A DNA stretch of 64,000 nt from assembly GCA_964016885.1 (NCBI GenBank), contig OZ024740.1, positions 117,180,001 to 117,244,000 on the forward strand. Direction: 5' to 3'. The position numbers and the translations under genes are program-made. Below the pieces are notes generated by a model. It was not told where the DNA came from. It saw nothing but the letters and a program-made list of their open reading frames with translations, and did not search any database. Below, piece by piece: positions 40,089 through 53,299 of the stretch (within the stretch, counting starts at the first letter, position 1; each line of letters begins with the position of its first letter). Source of the stretch: Eledone cirrhosa (lineage: Eukaryota).

Positions 40089-40390
40089 TATCAAATTACA
40101 AAATATGAGGAAATTTCACTTGCTATGAACGCGTCAAGAATCAGTCCTTTTTTCTGAGGGGTCTCTTGATAAACCGTATCAACCTCACAGCGATGATGCA
40201 ATCTTATAGTGCAGATATCGTTGCACACGGATCGACGAAACTGCAGTCGGGACTTTGAAGAAAAATTAGGTATATTTTTGTCTATTATTTCCTCATATTT
40301 TGTAATTTGATAAATAGCTCTGATTATAGAATTTAATTATTTTAATTATTTTGGCTCTTTCGGTCATCGAGCAAAACTTGTTAAGGCCAC
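40089..40390 (+). mobile_element. PLE-like element with 26-bp inverted repeat and branched-stem-II HHR (40143-40254)
   Basis: IR 40089-40114 / 40287-40312. CUGAGGG GUC...GAC GAAAC UGCA GUC|GGGACU. Confidence 0.7.
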
Positions 40391-40429
40391 ACACACACAT
40401 ATACATATGAATATGTGTGTGTATTTCAT

Positions 40430-40467
<38 letters not shown>

Positions 40468-42509
40468 AAGAGCATGTCTGCGGGGTATTGTTGCTGTATG
40501 CTGTTGAGTGAATCTGGCTGATCTACTGTGTGTAGAAATTTGTGCGGAACATGAGGTAAAGAGGACACAACGGAGATGATGAAAGGAGGAGAGACCAGTT
40601 AATCGGGATTACCTGAATGGATTTGACGTGGGTTCAGGAGACTCAGAGGAGCAGAGACTATTGTAGTAACGGATCCAATTATGCGTTGTCCTTGAAAGTG
40701 TAGCGTTGCAAGATGCTTTCTTTAATATATGTAGGATTAAGTTTCGGCGGTGCTCTCATGTTCCTATTTGATTTTTTTGTTCGGCCTCTACGATAGATGA
40801 ACTCTGACAAGTTACTTGCCGCGTAAGAAATTGTTGATTGATAGAATCTGAGAGTGGATAACCCTGCATGTTTTTTTTATGCTAGGGACTGTCAAGTGTG
40901 GTAACAGTTCTTTATCCGGAGTTCTCTAGGGTGCAGGACCATTGATGTACCCGACATAAGAAAGCAGATCTATACTAGTTCTGGTTCAACAAAAACCTGC
41001 GTAGATAAAGGTCGTTGTTCAACGACTGTGTGAATGCAATTTAAACGCTGAAAGTTTGAGTGATAGCTTTGTAGTTTGAAGAGTTTCAAATATTGCCTTC
41101 ACTTAGAATGTAACTCCTTTCATTGGTGTGGTTGAGATCCTGTAGAAATAAAACACTTGAAACGTTTAATGGAAGCCAGAAACGTTGAGCCGGAATTTGC
41201 ATTGTCAGAATAGAATTGGTCACGTTATTGGGAGGGAGTGACCTGAAAAAATTCTCAATTGATGATTGTAGACTCGTGAAAATCAGAGCTGTCACAGAAA
41301 ATAAATGAGGAGTGATTTTTTTTATGTGTGTGTAGTGAAGGTAAAACAATCATCAGAAAATCAAGGGGATTTTGATTTAGAGTAGCGAACGGGAGAATTT
41401 CTATAAAATTAGTAGAAAATTATTTTGGTATGGCTAATGGCTGTATTAATGGAAACAGGCCAGCTTACATGCCCTGTGTTGCAAGAAGGCATATTCTGCT
41501 AGAATAAAGGTTATCTTGATGGCGATGGTAGATAAACGTCTACTAGGTTTTCATAGTAGATGGTTTTTTGCAGATAGTATAAAGAAAATTGTTCGTTTTT
41601 ACAAAGTAACTCTTAATCACTTGGGGATTTTAGAAGTTGGTTTTTCTTGTCTGAGAATGTTGCGAAACATACGAAAGCTTATAATGTCCCTTACTTAGCT
41701 GGCCCAAGTAGTTAGACATCACAAACTCATATATGTACACACACACACATGCACAAATATATAGACCCACATACACACGCGCAAGAGATAGAAAGAGAGA
41801 GGGGGAGAAGGGAGGAGTATACTTAGTTTTTAGTATGTAAGTCCTCTCTGTTGTTAGAAGATGTCTGCATATCATATGCATGTGAATGCAGCGAAATGGC
41901 TTTAGGGTGTCGGATTAAAAATTCTTCGGTATTTATTCCAAACAATTATGCTTGACTTTGCCCTCCGTCCTTTCGAGGTCGATAAATAAAGATACGACGT
42001 GTTTCCAGACGGTGCCCCTAAGACTCCATCGAGATTTAAGGGCCCTTCCCGTTTATTTTACGTTTACGTGTGATTTTTGTTCGAAATGTTGTATTTAATA
42101 CAACATATTGTAATTAAGACTTTCAAAATATTTAGTTGGAAATTGCTGGTTATTTTAATTATTTTCTTTTATCATTTCGCATTCAAAATTTTTTTAGTAC
42201 TTTGTTAAGACAAAAGTGGGAAACGTTGCAGCAATAACAACCAACTCTAGCACAACAATCTCTAATAAAACTCGGGAAAATTTGTAGAACAATACCTGAA
42301 AATTAAATTAATTCTGGACCAGTACGTCTCATTCGATGCTACACTCTTCCAACTTCAAATTCCGTCAGAGAATACTCTACATATAGAAGGAATGGTAATG
42401 GTATCGCTCTGACACAGGATGTGTCTTGTGCATTTTAAATGATGCAGAACCTGTTCCTCTATAAGACAATTTCTTCCAGAAAAGGCGAGAAAGTCTTAAA
42501 GAGGAAGAA

Positions 42510-42665
42510 ACAATCCCAGTATTCGACTAGCACATTATTTATCGACCCCGAAAGGATACATGGGAAAATTGACTTCGGAGGGATTTGAACTCAGAGTGCT
42601 GTGAACAGGAAGAAATACTGAGGCATTTAACCCCACGCTCTAACGACTCTGACAATTCACCACCT
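42510..42665 (-). mobile_element. Old Deu/Nin-core SINE
   Basis: TTTATCGACCCCGAAAGGAT...GGATTTGAACTCAG. Confidence 0.75.
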
Positions 42666-44442
42666 AAGTGTAGTGTCGTAGATGCAATAAACGATATTCG
42701 TTTGCGTAAATAGTATTGGCCTTTTATCTAATAGCTGCCATTATTATTCCAATAACCACTGTAATGAAACCATTCATAATTTTGACATTCCATGTCAGTT
42801 CCAATTTGACATGTTTTATAGATTGTCCCGCCCTTTTTTATAAAAAAAAATTAAAATCTTCTCCCTGTGTATAGAGCATTGCATGGTACTACAACTTGTT
42901 TCTTTTTTCTTATATAATTTATTACCTCGTTTTGGTACCCAGCCTAAAAGAAAGAAATGGAAATCAGTCTGAAATTGGTACCACAACATTTACGCCTTGT
43001 TGCATGGAGAAATTCAAGTGAATTTCTCTTCTACTCTTATCATATCAATTGTTTAAATGGCTTGCAAACATCACACGATCCTTTGATCTTTGTATAACAA
43101 CTAACGTTTCCAACATGAAAGTTCTCTTTCTTTTTCTTTCCTTTCTTTTTGTATTTAACCAAGAGTTATAAATAACTCTGTAACATCAAAGACTCTTTGG
43201 TGTGGTTATTAATTTCTTTGAAATATGAAATAAAAAGGATTCTTTAAGAGAGTTCTTGCAATGCCATATTTTATTTAGCCAATCAAAAATTAGCAAACAA
43301 AAATGTTACTACATCACGATTTCATCACCATCTGAGAATTCGTATTTGATATATAATGATCATATGGGACGTATATCTACATAATCTAATAATTTAATCA
43401 ATTCTTTCGATCAATTTAAAGTGGTAGTAATGTCTTAGAAATTCAAAATTCAAAAGTTGATATACGCCAATAAAAATATTGCTTTCATTTTTAATTTTCA
43501 ATACGATCTCAAACCCGCGTCTCTTCCTTTCCATATTTCTCTCTTCTACTCTCATTCACTGAAATCACATCTTTTCAATGGAAATCTAATTACATTATGG
43601 TCAAATAAGGAAGAACTATTTGTATTGGAACCTTTTTGATTATAGGTTTCCGTGAGAATGTTGACTTCGCACTAAACAAAACAACAATCTGAATCATGCT
43701 AAAATCTTTTACCATCGTCACTAAATTACTTCATCTCCTACTGCACAGCTTCCACACAACTCAAATCACTTCTTCCTAGACCTCACCCCTCTTTTGGCTC
43801 GACAACATTCCTTCTTAATTCCATTCAGTTTCTCATCCACAATGTTTGCTATTTAGGCATTTAGACTTCTATATTTTCTCTTTTCGGAGGAAGACAATTC
43901 TCAGAAATGCTATATGGGACTCTTCTACACGGATAAACAATAACAACCACAACAACAGCAGCAAAGAATGACAACCTCTAGGTCTACAAGAAAAATCCCA
44001 ATAATTGACAGCACCCAGATCATATGCTGCTTCTACATGCCTGCTAGCTCTCCTGGTAATAGCTGCCAAATCTCCCTTAAACCTCCATCAAACCGTATCA
44101 AAAAGAAAGGACACGTTGATTAACAGGAATCCTCGATATGCAAGATATATGGGATTATCATGACTGAAATATCTTTAATTACAATCCTGCTCCCAACCTG
44201 TGTTGCTCAGGAGTTAAAAACAACAATGACATCTCTTCAACGACTGCAGGTGCTACAGCAGAATAAAATCATCTTCCCGACTTTCTAAAATCTAAGATAT
44301 CTAACTACGTAGCTTATCTTTCTAGGCAACGTTTATATATTCTTTTAGAAAATCCCATTTCACAAATAACTTCTTCCTATCTCTGTCTCACTATTTTCAT
44401 TTTATTATCTTTACTTTCCTGTCCTTCACTATCAACCCACAC

Positions 44443-44495
<53 letters not shown>

Positions 44496-44824
44496 CATGT
44501 CTCTTTTTTCTTCTTTTTGCTCTCTCTGTCTCTTTATCGCTATCTATCTATCTTTTACAGCTCTTTCTGCTTTATCTTTTTTTCTATTGTAAATATACAC
44601 AGAGCAGAGAAACTGGTAACTCATTCTTTCACTCTCTTTTTTCCTTTCTTGCTTTCTTGATTTAAAATATAAATATACGCACCAACATATGTGTGTGTGT
44701 ATTTAATCTGCGTGTACGTGTATATGTACTAACACATACATATATGCATGTGTATATAATTATGCACACTTATATGCATCTGTGTTTACGTATGTACGTT
44801 TGTGTGTATATATGTACATATGTA

Positions 44825-44860
<36 letters not shown>

Positions 44861-45574
44861 TGTATGTATGTATGTATGTATGTATGTATGTATGTATGTA
44901 TGTATGTTTATATATATATATATATAAACATATATACATATATGTGTATGTGTGTGTGTGTGTGTGTGGAGAGAGAGACAGATACTTGTATTTGTGTGTG
45001 CGTGTATGTGTACTGTACCTCTGCATTTATATATTTCGGTGCTGTGATTTAAATATCTGTCCTTAGAGAATCAACAAGGCGTTCTGCTTTCGATCACCAG
45101 CTGTTGCTGTCTTACTACGCTCGTGTAGTTAAAAACCTTTGCGAAATTCATGAAGGTCAAAACGTTTTATTTTATTTTATGTTTCTCCTACAAATCTCTC
45201 ATCCCGCAGTTAATGAAAGAAACGTTTACGTTATGACAAACAAAGCCGTGTTTGATATTTCTCGATTAAAGCCTTTAACAAGGGGTTCCCAAGCTTTATT
45301 CATTCACTGAGCATTTTAGAACAACTAAGTATATATTGTATACATTTTATCAAATTTTAAAAATTTATTCAAGTGAGTTATTTATTTATACATATTAACA
45401 GACGGTCCAAGTTGTCGACCTCCTCGCGTCGGGCCCTGAAACTGAACGATAACAACCTGAGACAGTAACAGTTTCATACTCAAGAACATATTGGCATAGC
45501 AAAAAATAGAAAAATATATAACTAAACATGGAGAAAAAGGAGCTAGGTTATCAATGAAAGAGAAACAAGCGCTT

Positions 45575-46270
45575 GTTTGGTAAAGCGTCGGACTGCATGC
45601 TTCGCGGCATAGTGTTATGGCCCTTTACGTTCTGAGTTCAAATCCAGCCGAGGTTAGCTTAACCTTTCATCTTTATGGGGTCGATAAAATAATTGTTTCT
45701 ACTTTTGGCACAAGGCCAGCAATTACCCAGTGTATTACTGGTACTTTATTTTATCGACCCCGTAAGGATGAAAGGCAAAGTTAACCCCGGCGGGATTTGA
45801 ACTCAGAATGGAAAGGGCCGTAACTCTATGCGTGAAAGCATGGCGTCCGACCCTCTACCGATACTGCCAATCCACCGCCGGGGTCGATAAAGTAATGCAG
45901 AATAAATAGTAACAATTATTATTAAAGCATTTAATGCTTTGCAGCATATAGTTTCGCCCCTTTACGTTCTGAGTTCAAATCCCACCGAAGCTAGCTTTGC
46001 CTTTCATCCTTAAGGGGTCGATGAAATAAAGTACCAGTCACGCACTGGGGTCGATTTAATCGAATTGCCTCTCCCTCAATAACTGCTGACCTTGTGCCGC
46101 TAGTAGAAATCATTATTATTATTACATGCTTTGCAGCATAGAGTTTCATCCCTTTACGTTCTGAGTTCAAATCCCGTCGAGGTTAGCTTTGCCTTTCATC
46201 CTTAAGGGGTCGATAAAATAAAGTATAAGTAACACACTGGGATCGATTTAACCGACTTTCCCTCCCCATC
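45575..46270. mobile_element. Cluster of four SINE copies, one nested antisense (45691-45879) inside another
   Basis: GGGGTCGATAAA(A/G)TAA is duplicated around the nested copy. Two further plus copies at 45930-46110 and 46126-46270. Confidence 0.88.
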
Positions 46271-46399
46271 ACAAACATGGCTCAAGAACCAGATGGTGGT
46301 CTTAAACCAAACAAGTTTACCACTCATAAATATGAATTGTTTCTCAGAAGGGCTTCTACAGAATTTCCGTCTACTATATACACATATATACGAGTGTGC

Positions 46400-46640
46400 A
46401 TGTGTATGGAAATCAGCTGCCCATCACATGTCAATATAAAGAGAAATCTGCAGATATTCCCTTGACTATACCTTTCGATTTGTACCCGTGATAATTGGGG
46501 CTCTGGGATATTTCACTAATTCCCTCAGTACAACTCTTGAGAAGCTAGACTTCACAGAACCAAATAGGGCCAACTAGTTAGGAAATTGCAAGTACAGTCC
46601 ATGGAATGATAAAAATATGTAAATCATTTCCGAAATTCGA
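46400..46640 (+). mobile_element. 3' fragment of R4/Dong-like element (same family as 3900-4345)
   Basis: RNLQIF..YTFRFVPVIIGALGY..LEKL, followed by a TACA-rich tail. Confidence 0.6.
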
Positions 46641-46884
46641 CATGTAATAGCTGCATATACATATGTATAGATAGAGAAACATATTGCACGTCTACACATA
46701 TAATTCAAAACATACAGATCTATACATGCAATAACACGCATGCATACATACATACATACATACATACATACATACATACGTACATATATACATACTTAAA
46801 TACATACATGCATGCACGCATGCATACATACATATACACATACATACACATACATATGTACATATATACATACATGAGGATTGC

Positions 46885-49112
46885 AGCGTCTTCACAGACG
46901 ATTGCCGTCTCTTATTGATTCTTCATTGTCATCCCATCTGCGTCCATGACTTTGTAGATGACTTTGTAGACCAGCTGTAGATTGCATGGTTTACGACTCA
47001 GGTGACAGAAGAGGGTTGTGCTTTCCACAGGATTGGTGGTGTCACCCTGTGGGACACAGTCTTTATGCACCACCATGTACTTTTTTTTTTAGTCCAGAAC
47101 TAGTTCTACACACTTTGTTGGATATCACGCACGTTGTTTCACCAGGTCTTTGTTGAGTGGTGTTGCGGGTAGTTATACTTTCATGTGACTTCAGGTGATT
47201 AACATAACCAGCTTATGAGAGGAGTACATGCTGACAGAAATTACATATCCAACTACTGATGACTTCATCAAGACTGTGAGCACCGCCCTTAGGAAGCTGA
47301 CTCTTCAGTTGTTTATGATCTAGACGACATTCCTCAAAAGTTTTGCAACTGCCCTTTATGCGCTTTCTCCACTCAGCCCTATTTAGATATATCTCCACCC
47401 ATTTGTCTATATCAAATTCCAGCTCTTTGAAAGTGTTCTTGATGCTGTTCTTGTACCTCATTTTCGGTTTGTGTTCAGGCCTTTTTCAAAGATACAGTTG
47501 CATCGGGGTCCTGCTTGGATTTCTGCTTTGACGAGGACATTGATGTTAGGAATTCTGTCTTGCCACTTGATGTTGAATATGCGCCTTAGACATTTCTACT
47601 GAAAACGCTCAAGCAATTTGATGTATTTGTGGAATAGCGTCCTGGTTTCGGCGGAGTATAAAAGAGCAGACAGAACACATGATCTATAAACACACACCTT
47701 GGTATTTTCGGTAATGTTTCAATTTGTCCAAACTCACTTTTCCAATTTTCCGAAAGCAACAGAGGTCATCTGAATGCACAAATATATTTCAGCATGCAAG
47801 GAGTCATCATTTGATAGTGTGATACCTAAGTAGACAACTTTATCTAGTATGCTCAACCTGGTTCCATCAACCATGTTATTGGGTTCAGTATATGGTTCTC
47901 CAGGAGCAGGGGTAAACATTACTTTGGCCATTTTAAGGCTGATTGTGAACCTAAATGCTGTAGACGAGGATGAGAAATGGTCCATAATGTGTTGCATGTC
48001 AGCTTTTGTGTGTGCTAGGAAGTCAGCATCGTCGGCGTAAAGAAGGTCTCTGATCAAAGCTTGAAAAGGTTTTGTTTTGGCATTAAACTTTCCTAAGTTG
48101 AAAACCTTTCCGGTAGTTCTGAACGTTAGAGAATGCCTCTGTCACAATTATGGAAAGCATGTGTGAGCAATGCAGCAAAGAAGATGGAGAAAAGCATAAG
48201 AGCAGGAATATCCCCTTGCTTTACACCGTTGCCAATTGGGATTTCCCCAGATAGTTGACCATTGAAGGTAACTTAAGCTTTCATGTTTATGTGCAGCTTC
48301 TTTAGCATACTCACAAACTTAGGTGGACATCCTACTTTTCCGAGTGCATCTTTGTTAACTGTGTCAAAAGCTTTTGTTAGGTCGACAAAGTCTTGATATA
48401 GAGAGACACACAGCTCAATGCATTTTTTTTTTTTGTATTTGTCTTAGAGAGAAAATCATATCAACTGTTCCCCTTCCTCCGCTAAAACCACTCTGTGATT
48501 CTCGGATAGCTATAGGACAGATAACCTCCTCCAGGCTGTTGAGCAAAAGTCTGCGAAAACGTTGCCAACAGCTTCCAACAAAGTGATACCATGGTAGTCT
48601 CCACATATCGATTTTTATAACATAATATGTTGATCCTGTCCGGAGTCCCATTCCAGCAATCAATGATGCAGTTGTTTATCGCTTCTGTTACATTATCACT
48701 ACCGACTTTTAGCAGTTCGACTGGGATATCATCTGGACCTGGTGACTTGCCAGACTAACCTGCTTGACTACCGGCTTTATTTCATCAGCAGAGGGAAGTC
48801 GATCCAAATGGTTCACTGTTTCATTTTGAGGAAGGCCCTCTATCACTCCAAAATTGACTGCTGATGGGTTGTCAAACAAGTCAGTAAAGTGTTCCTCCCA
48901 ACGCTGAAGGATTTTTATGGCTCTTTGATGATGATATTGGCATCATCTTTAGATAGCAGAGGAGTTACTGAGGATATTGGTGAGCCGAAAACTTGGCGTA
49001 TCAATGAGTAAAATGAATTTGAATCTTTGTTGTTAAAAGCCTGTTAGATTTCCGAAGAGATGTTATCCCACCACTCATATTTCATCCTGCGTAGTTCGCG
49101 TTTCAGTATTGC
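46885..49112 (-). mobile_element. Degenerate 5'-truncated RTE LINE
   Basis: ESQSGFSGGRGTVDMIFSLRQIQ, IRDLLYADDADFLAH, PKMRYKNSIK, CNFCQHV. Confidence 0.9.
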
Positions 49113-49132
49113 CTTACATACATACATATATA

Positions 49133-49683
49133 CAGGGTGGGGCAGAAAGGTTGCTCCGATTTCAAAGGTTATTAAAAAACAAGCACATGATCATAAGAGT
49201 AAAAAACTTTGTATTTATAATAAGTACATCACATGCCATTGTGGTTTAAGTGGTTTCGAAAATTGTATCACTTAAGTGACGACCGCCAATGTTGATGCAG
49301 TTTTGAATTCTCTCTCATTTTCTGACCATGTAGCGGTCCTAGGACAGCCAGGACTTTTCTTTTTTAAAGCCGATGATGTTTGTCTAAAGTTAGAAACCCA
49401 AAGACGAATTGTTTTACCATCCGGTACGGGGTCATGACGACGAAGCGCAGAGTGTCTTCGGAAGGACCGCTGCGTCGTTACGACGGACTCACCGTTCTTA
49501 AGAAACTCTTCCACAACAAATGAACGATGATCTCCACTCCGAGCCATGGTGGGGTACTACCTGAAACAGAACATTAATGGCATGTAAAGTACTTATTATA
49601 AATACAAAGTGTTTTTATCTTATGATCATGTGTTTGTTTTATATTAACCTTTGAAATCGGAGCAACCTTTCTGCCCCACCCTG
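49133..49683 (-). mobile_element. Internally deleted Tc1/mariner element, about 95-bp TIRs, TA TSD
   Basis: TIR CAGGGTGGGGCAGAAAGGTTGCTCCGATTTCAAAGG. ORF 49272-49547 resembles a DUF4817-type HTH N-terminus (FVVEEF..NGESV..TQR.FR...P..KTI..WV.NFR.T). Confidence 0.9.
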
Positions 49684-49943
49684 TACATACAAACATGCAC
49701 ATGTCTTACCTTTTACGGCGTTTATCCTGCGTCATTCTCTCTTTTCTCCATGTTGGACATAGGCTGACTGAACACTTTATTTATTGATTCATAATCATGG
49801 GTATCATACAAGTGCACTCATAAAATAGATTATATATGCTGGTAATTGAAGGGCATGTTTTGGCGCGTGTGTGTATGTACACATATTGAGTGGTTTCTTC
49901 GTGAGTGAGAGAGAGTGGGTGAGAGAGACAGAGAGAGAGAAAT

Positions 49944-50027
<84 letters not shown>

Positions 50028-50543
50028 AGGAGAGTTGTGTGTAATAAAATGGTAATGAGAGAATGTGTGTGTGTGCGTGTGTATACATGTAGCGGTAGTT
50101 CGAGAGATATAAATATGGTGTAGGTGAGAGATGTGAAGAAAAAAAGAGTGAATCAGAGAATTGTATTGGTGAATGCTAAGAAAGATAGGTAAAGTGTGGG
50201 TTTGGGGAAAAGAAAGGACGATAAGGAAGAAATAAAGGAAGGCAGGAAAACAAATGGACGGAGAGTACTAAGACGCCAAGTTGTTTCTTGGAGGTAAGAG
50301 TCTGGATAAACAACGAAAATCTCAAAAAATGGCTCCAGAAGAGGCTGGTTATTCCCTTGGCATTAATCCATTGATGTCAGACCAGTACACAGATGATGTA
50401 CCGACATCATGTCTTTGCTATATCCTCCACATTGCCGTGATACGTTTTTGTTCTAGAATTAAGGGATGTTTACGTCTATGTGTGTGTATGTATATTGCGT
50501 GCAATATGGTCATGTTTATATATAGTGTCTTTGTATTTATATG

Positions 50544-50611
<68 letters not shown>

Positions 50612-51104
50612 TATATGTATATATATATGTATATAAATACATATATACATATGTGTGTGTGTAAGTGTGTGTGTATGTGTGTACTTTTACACTGGTAACT
50701 TTATTACCAGTTCATTTCTCAAATAAATAATACTAAGGGCAATTGGTGCTTTTTTTACCATCTCTGTACTTTGCTGTCGGATTCACATGAGATTGCGCCG
50801 AGAATGTCTTATATAAGAGTACTTTCAGTGTATGTAACTGTGCAGATATGTAAATGTGTTTTATATGAATACTTTCTTGGGGCATAATGGAAACAAAGAA
50901 TGCATTATTTGCATATACCCCGCAGTCTATTGTAGTCTCAGAAGAATATTTTGGTGCAACAGCCCATACGTTTTGTCTTACCTCTCCAAAATGCGCGTTT
51001 ATGAACATAAAAACTGGGACATGTGTGTGTGTGGTGTCGGTTTGTCTGTATGTATGTCTTTCTCCCCTCTCTCTGTATGTCTCTCTCTCTCTCTCTCTAT
51101 CTCC

Positions 51105-51143
<39 letters not shown>

Positions 51144-51272
51144 TGGGTGTGGAGAGAGAGAAAAGGAAAGAGAGGGAAACAGAAAAAGAGAGGGATAGAG
51201 AGCAAGATAGAGCGAGTAAGTGCTAGAAAGTGAAGGAAGAGGGGGACAAATAGATAGATACAAAATTAATGC

Positions 51273-51368
<96 letters not shown>

Positions 51369-51734
51369 GTTTTAATCACATAAACAAACTGACAGTCAGA
51401 CAGATAGAGAGACAGACAAATGATAGATAGGTAGATAGATAGGTTGATTGATTGACCGAAAACAAGATAAGATAAACAGATAGATAGATGGTTAAACAGA
51501 TGAGATAGAGACATAGAAAGAGAGGGAGATGTTTAAATAGATAGATAAAATAAGTAAACTCATAGAATATTATTGAGAACAACAAAATACTATCGGCTTC
51601 CTTGTTTTTATTGTATAGTTAATGTTCTTGGCTTAGTTCAGTTTTATTTTCATTGTATGTTTAGCTGTACGTTAAAAAACAGATTGTAGCTGAAGCTACA
51701 ATAATAGCTACCTTAAAAAACGACAATTAATATT

Positions 51735-51922
51735 AATTGTTTCTACTATTAGCACAAGGCCAGCAATTACCCAGTACATTACTGGTACTTTATTTTATCG
51801 ACCCCGTAAGGATGAAAGGCAAAGTTAACCTCGGCGGGATTTGAACTCAGAATGGCAAGGGCCGTAACTCTATGCGTCAAAGCATGGCGTCCGACTCTCT
51901 ACCGATACTGCCAATCCACTGC
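51735..51922 (-). mobile_element. Deu/Nin-core SINE with ATTAATATTAAT TSD
   Basis: Full copy with a flanking duplication. Confidence 0.92.
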
Positions 51923-52162
51923 CCATTAATATTAATGGCTTCTAATTTGGTTTCCGATTTAGGCACAAGGCCAGTTCCTTTGACGAAAGGGAAAGTTGAC
52001 TTCTGTAAAATTAGACCATAAAGAGACTGAACAACTACTGCAAAGCATTATATCCGCAACTCTACCGATTCTGCCAATCTAACATTAATATTGATAGTAA
52101 CAATTTAAAACGAATCTGTACTGTTATATCCAATTTTATTTATTGAGATGATTATATGCTGT

Positions 52163-52244
52163 GTTAGTGTGGGGAAGTGGTTTATGGTGCTAGTTCAAGG
52201 CATTAGCATCTTCTTTGGCGTAGGTTCAAGTCCCACAGTATCCA
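52163..52244 (+). pseudogene. tRNA-Leu-like pseudogene
   Basis: 82 nt colinear with eukaryotic tRNA-Leu(AAG-type): long variable arm, GGTTCAAGTCCCAC T-arm, downstream T-run. Acceptor and D stems are degenerate. Confidence 0.6.
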
Positions 52245-53109
52245 TCATTTTATGTATCTCTTCATTGCGTTGCGCTAGCATGGTCGCGTGAAACCAATAA
52301 AATGCCATTCCTCTACAAGACATGTATATATATTTTATGGGTTCCTTGAAACGGAACGGTACGTTTGTTTGACTGTCGATCTACTAATTCTGTCAATCTA
52401 CACTCATTTCTTAAACAATTATTTCTTTGACTGACCAGAAGGCCAAATACGTTGGAGAGCGAAAAAGAACGAAATGGAAAAAAAAAAAAAATAAAATAAA
52501 ATAAACAGTAGAGGTTAAATTGAGTAAAACAAGTGGAATCAACAAAAACAATAGAAAACAATAAAACGTCAATGAGAAAAGGGTGTAACAATAGGGAGAT
52601 ATCCATATAGGATAATTCAGGTCACAGAGCATAAAATCCGGATCCGTCTGGTACATCAAAGGCAAAAGTACTGTCTCCCAGTTTCTCAATATATGCTTAT
52701 AATCGCAAAATAAGAGTAAACTAGTGGTTCTCAAACTGGGGTCCTTGAACTACGTAATTTGTTAAAGACATGCAGAGGCCATTGCGCATCAATTTCTCTC
52801 TAAGTATAACTACTTCTCCATTTGATTGTTATATAACAATACGGGGTGAGAATTATTGTAACAAGTTGGAAAATTTATTTAAATAATGGGAATCCATGGT
52901 AATGAAAAGAGTAGGAACCCATTTAGCCTCGTCAATCTCACCGTTTTCACCCACTGTATGTAAATCAAACTGGTGGGCAACGCTTTCCTCGCCACCCTTA
53001 TCCACTACTTCAAGTGGTACTTGAAAAAGTTCATTGCTAATTATCATACTCAGTTTAGTGTATTTCGTTACTAATACCGTCCTGTCTATATTAATTATAT
53101 AAATAACTC

Positions 53110-53299
53110 GGGCGGTGAATTGGCAGTATCGGTAGAGGGTCGGACGCCATGCTTTGACGCATAGAGTTACAGCCCTTGCCATTCTGAGTTCAAATCCCGC
53201 CGAGGTTAACTTTGCCTTTCATCCTTACGGGGTCGATAAAATAAAGTACCAGTAATACACTGGGTAATTGCTGGCCTTGTGCCAAAAGTAGAAACAATT
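53110..53299 (+). mobile_element. Young Deu/Nin-core SINE with 16-bp TSD
   Basis: ATTAATTATATAAATA at 53090-53105 and 53297-53312. Confidence 0.95.
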
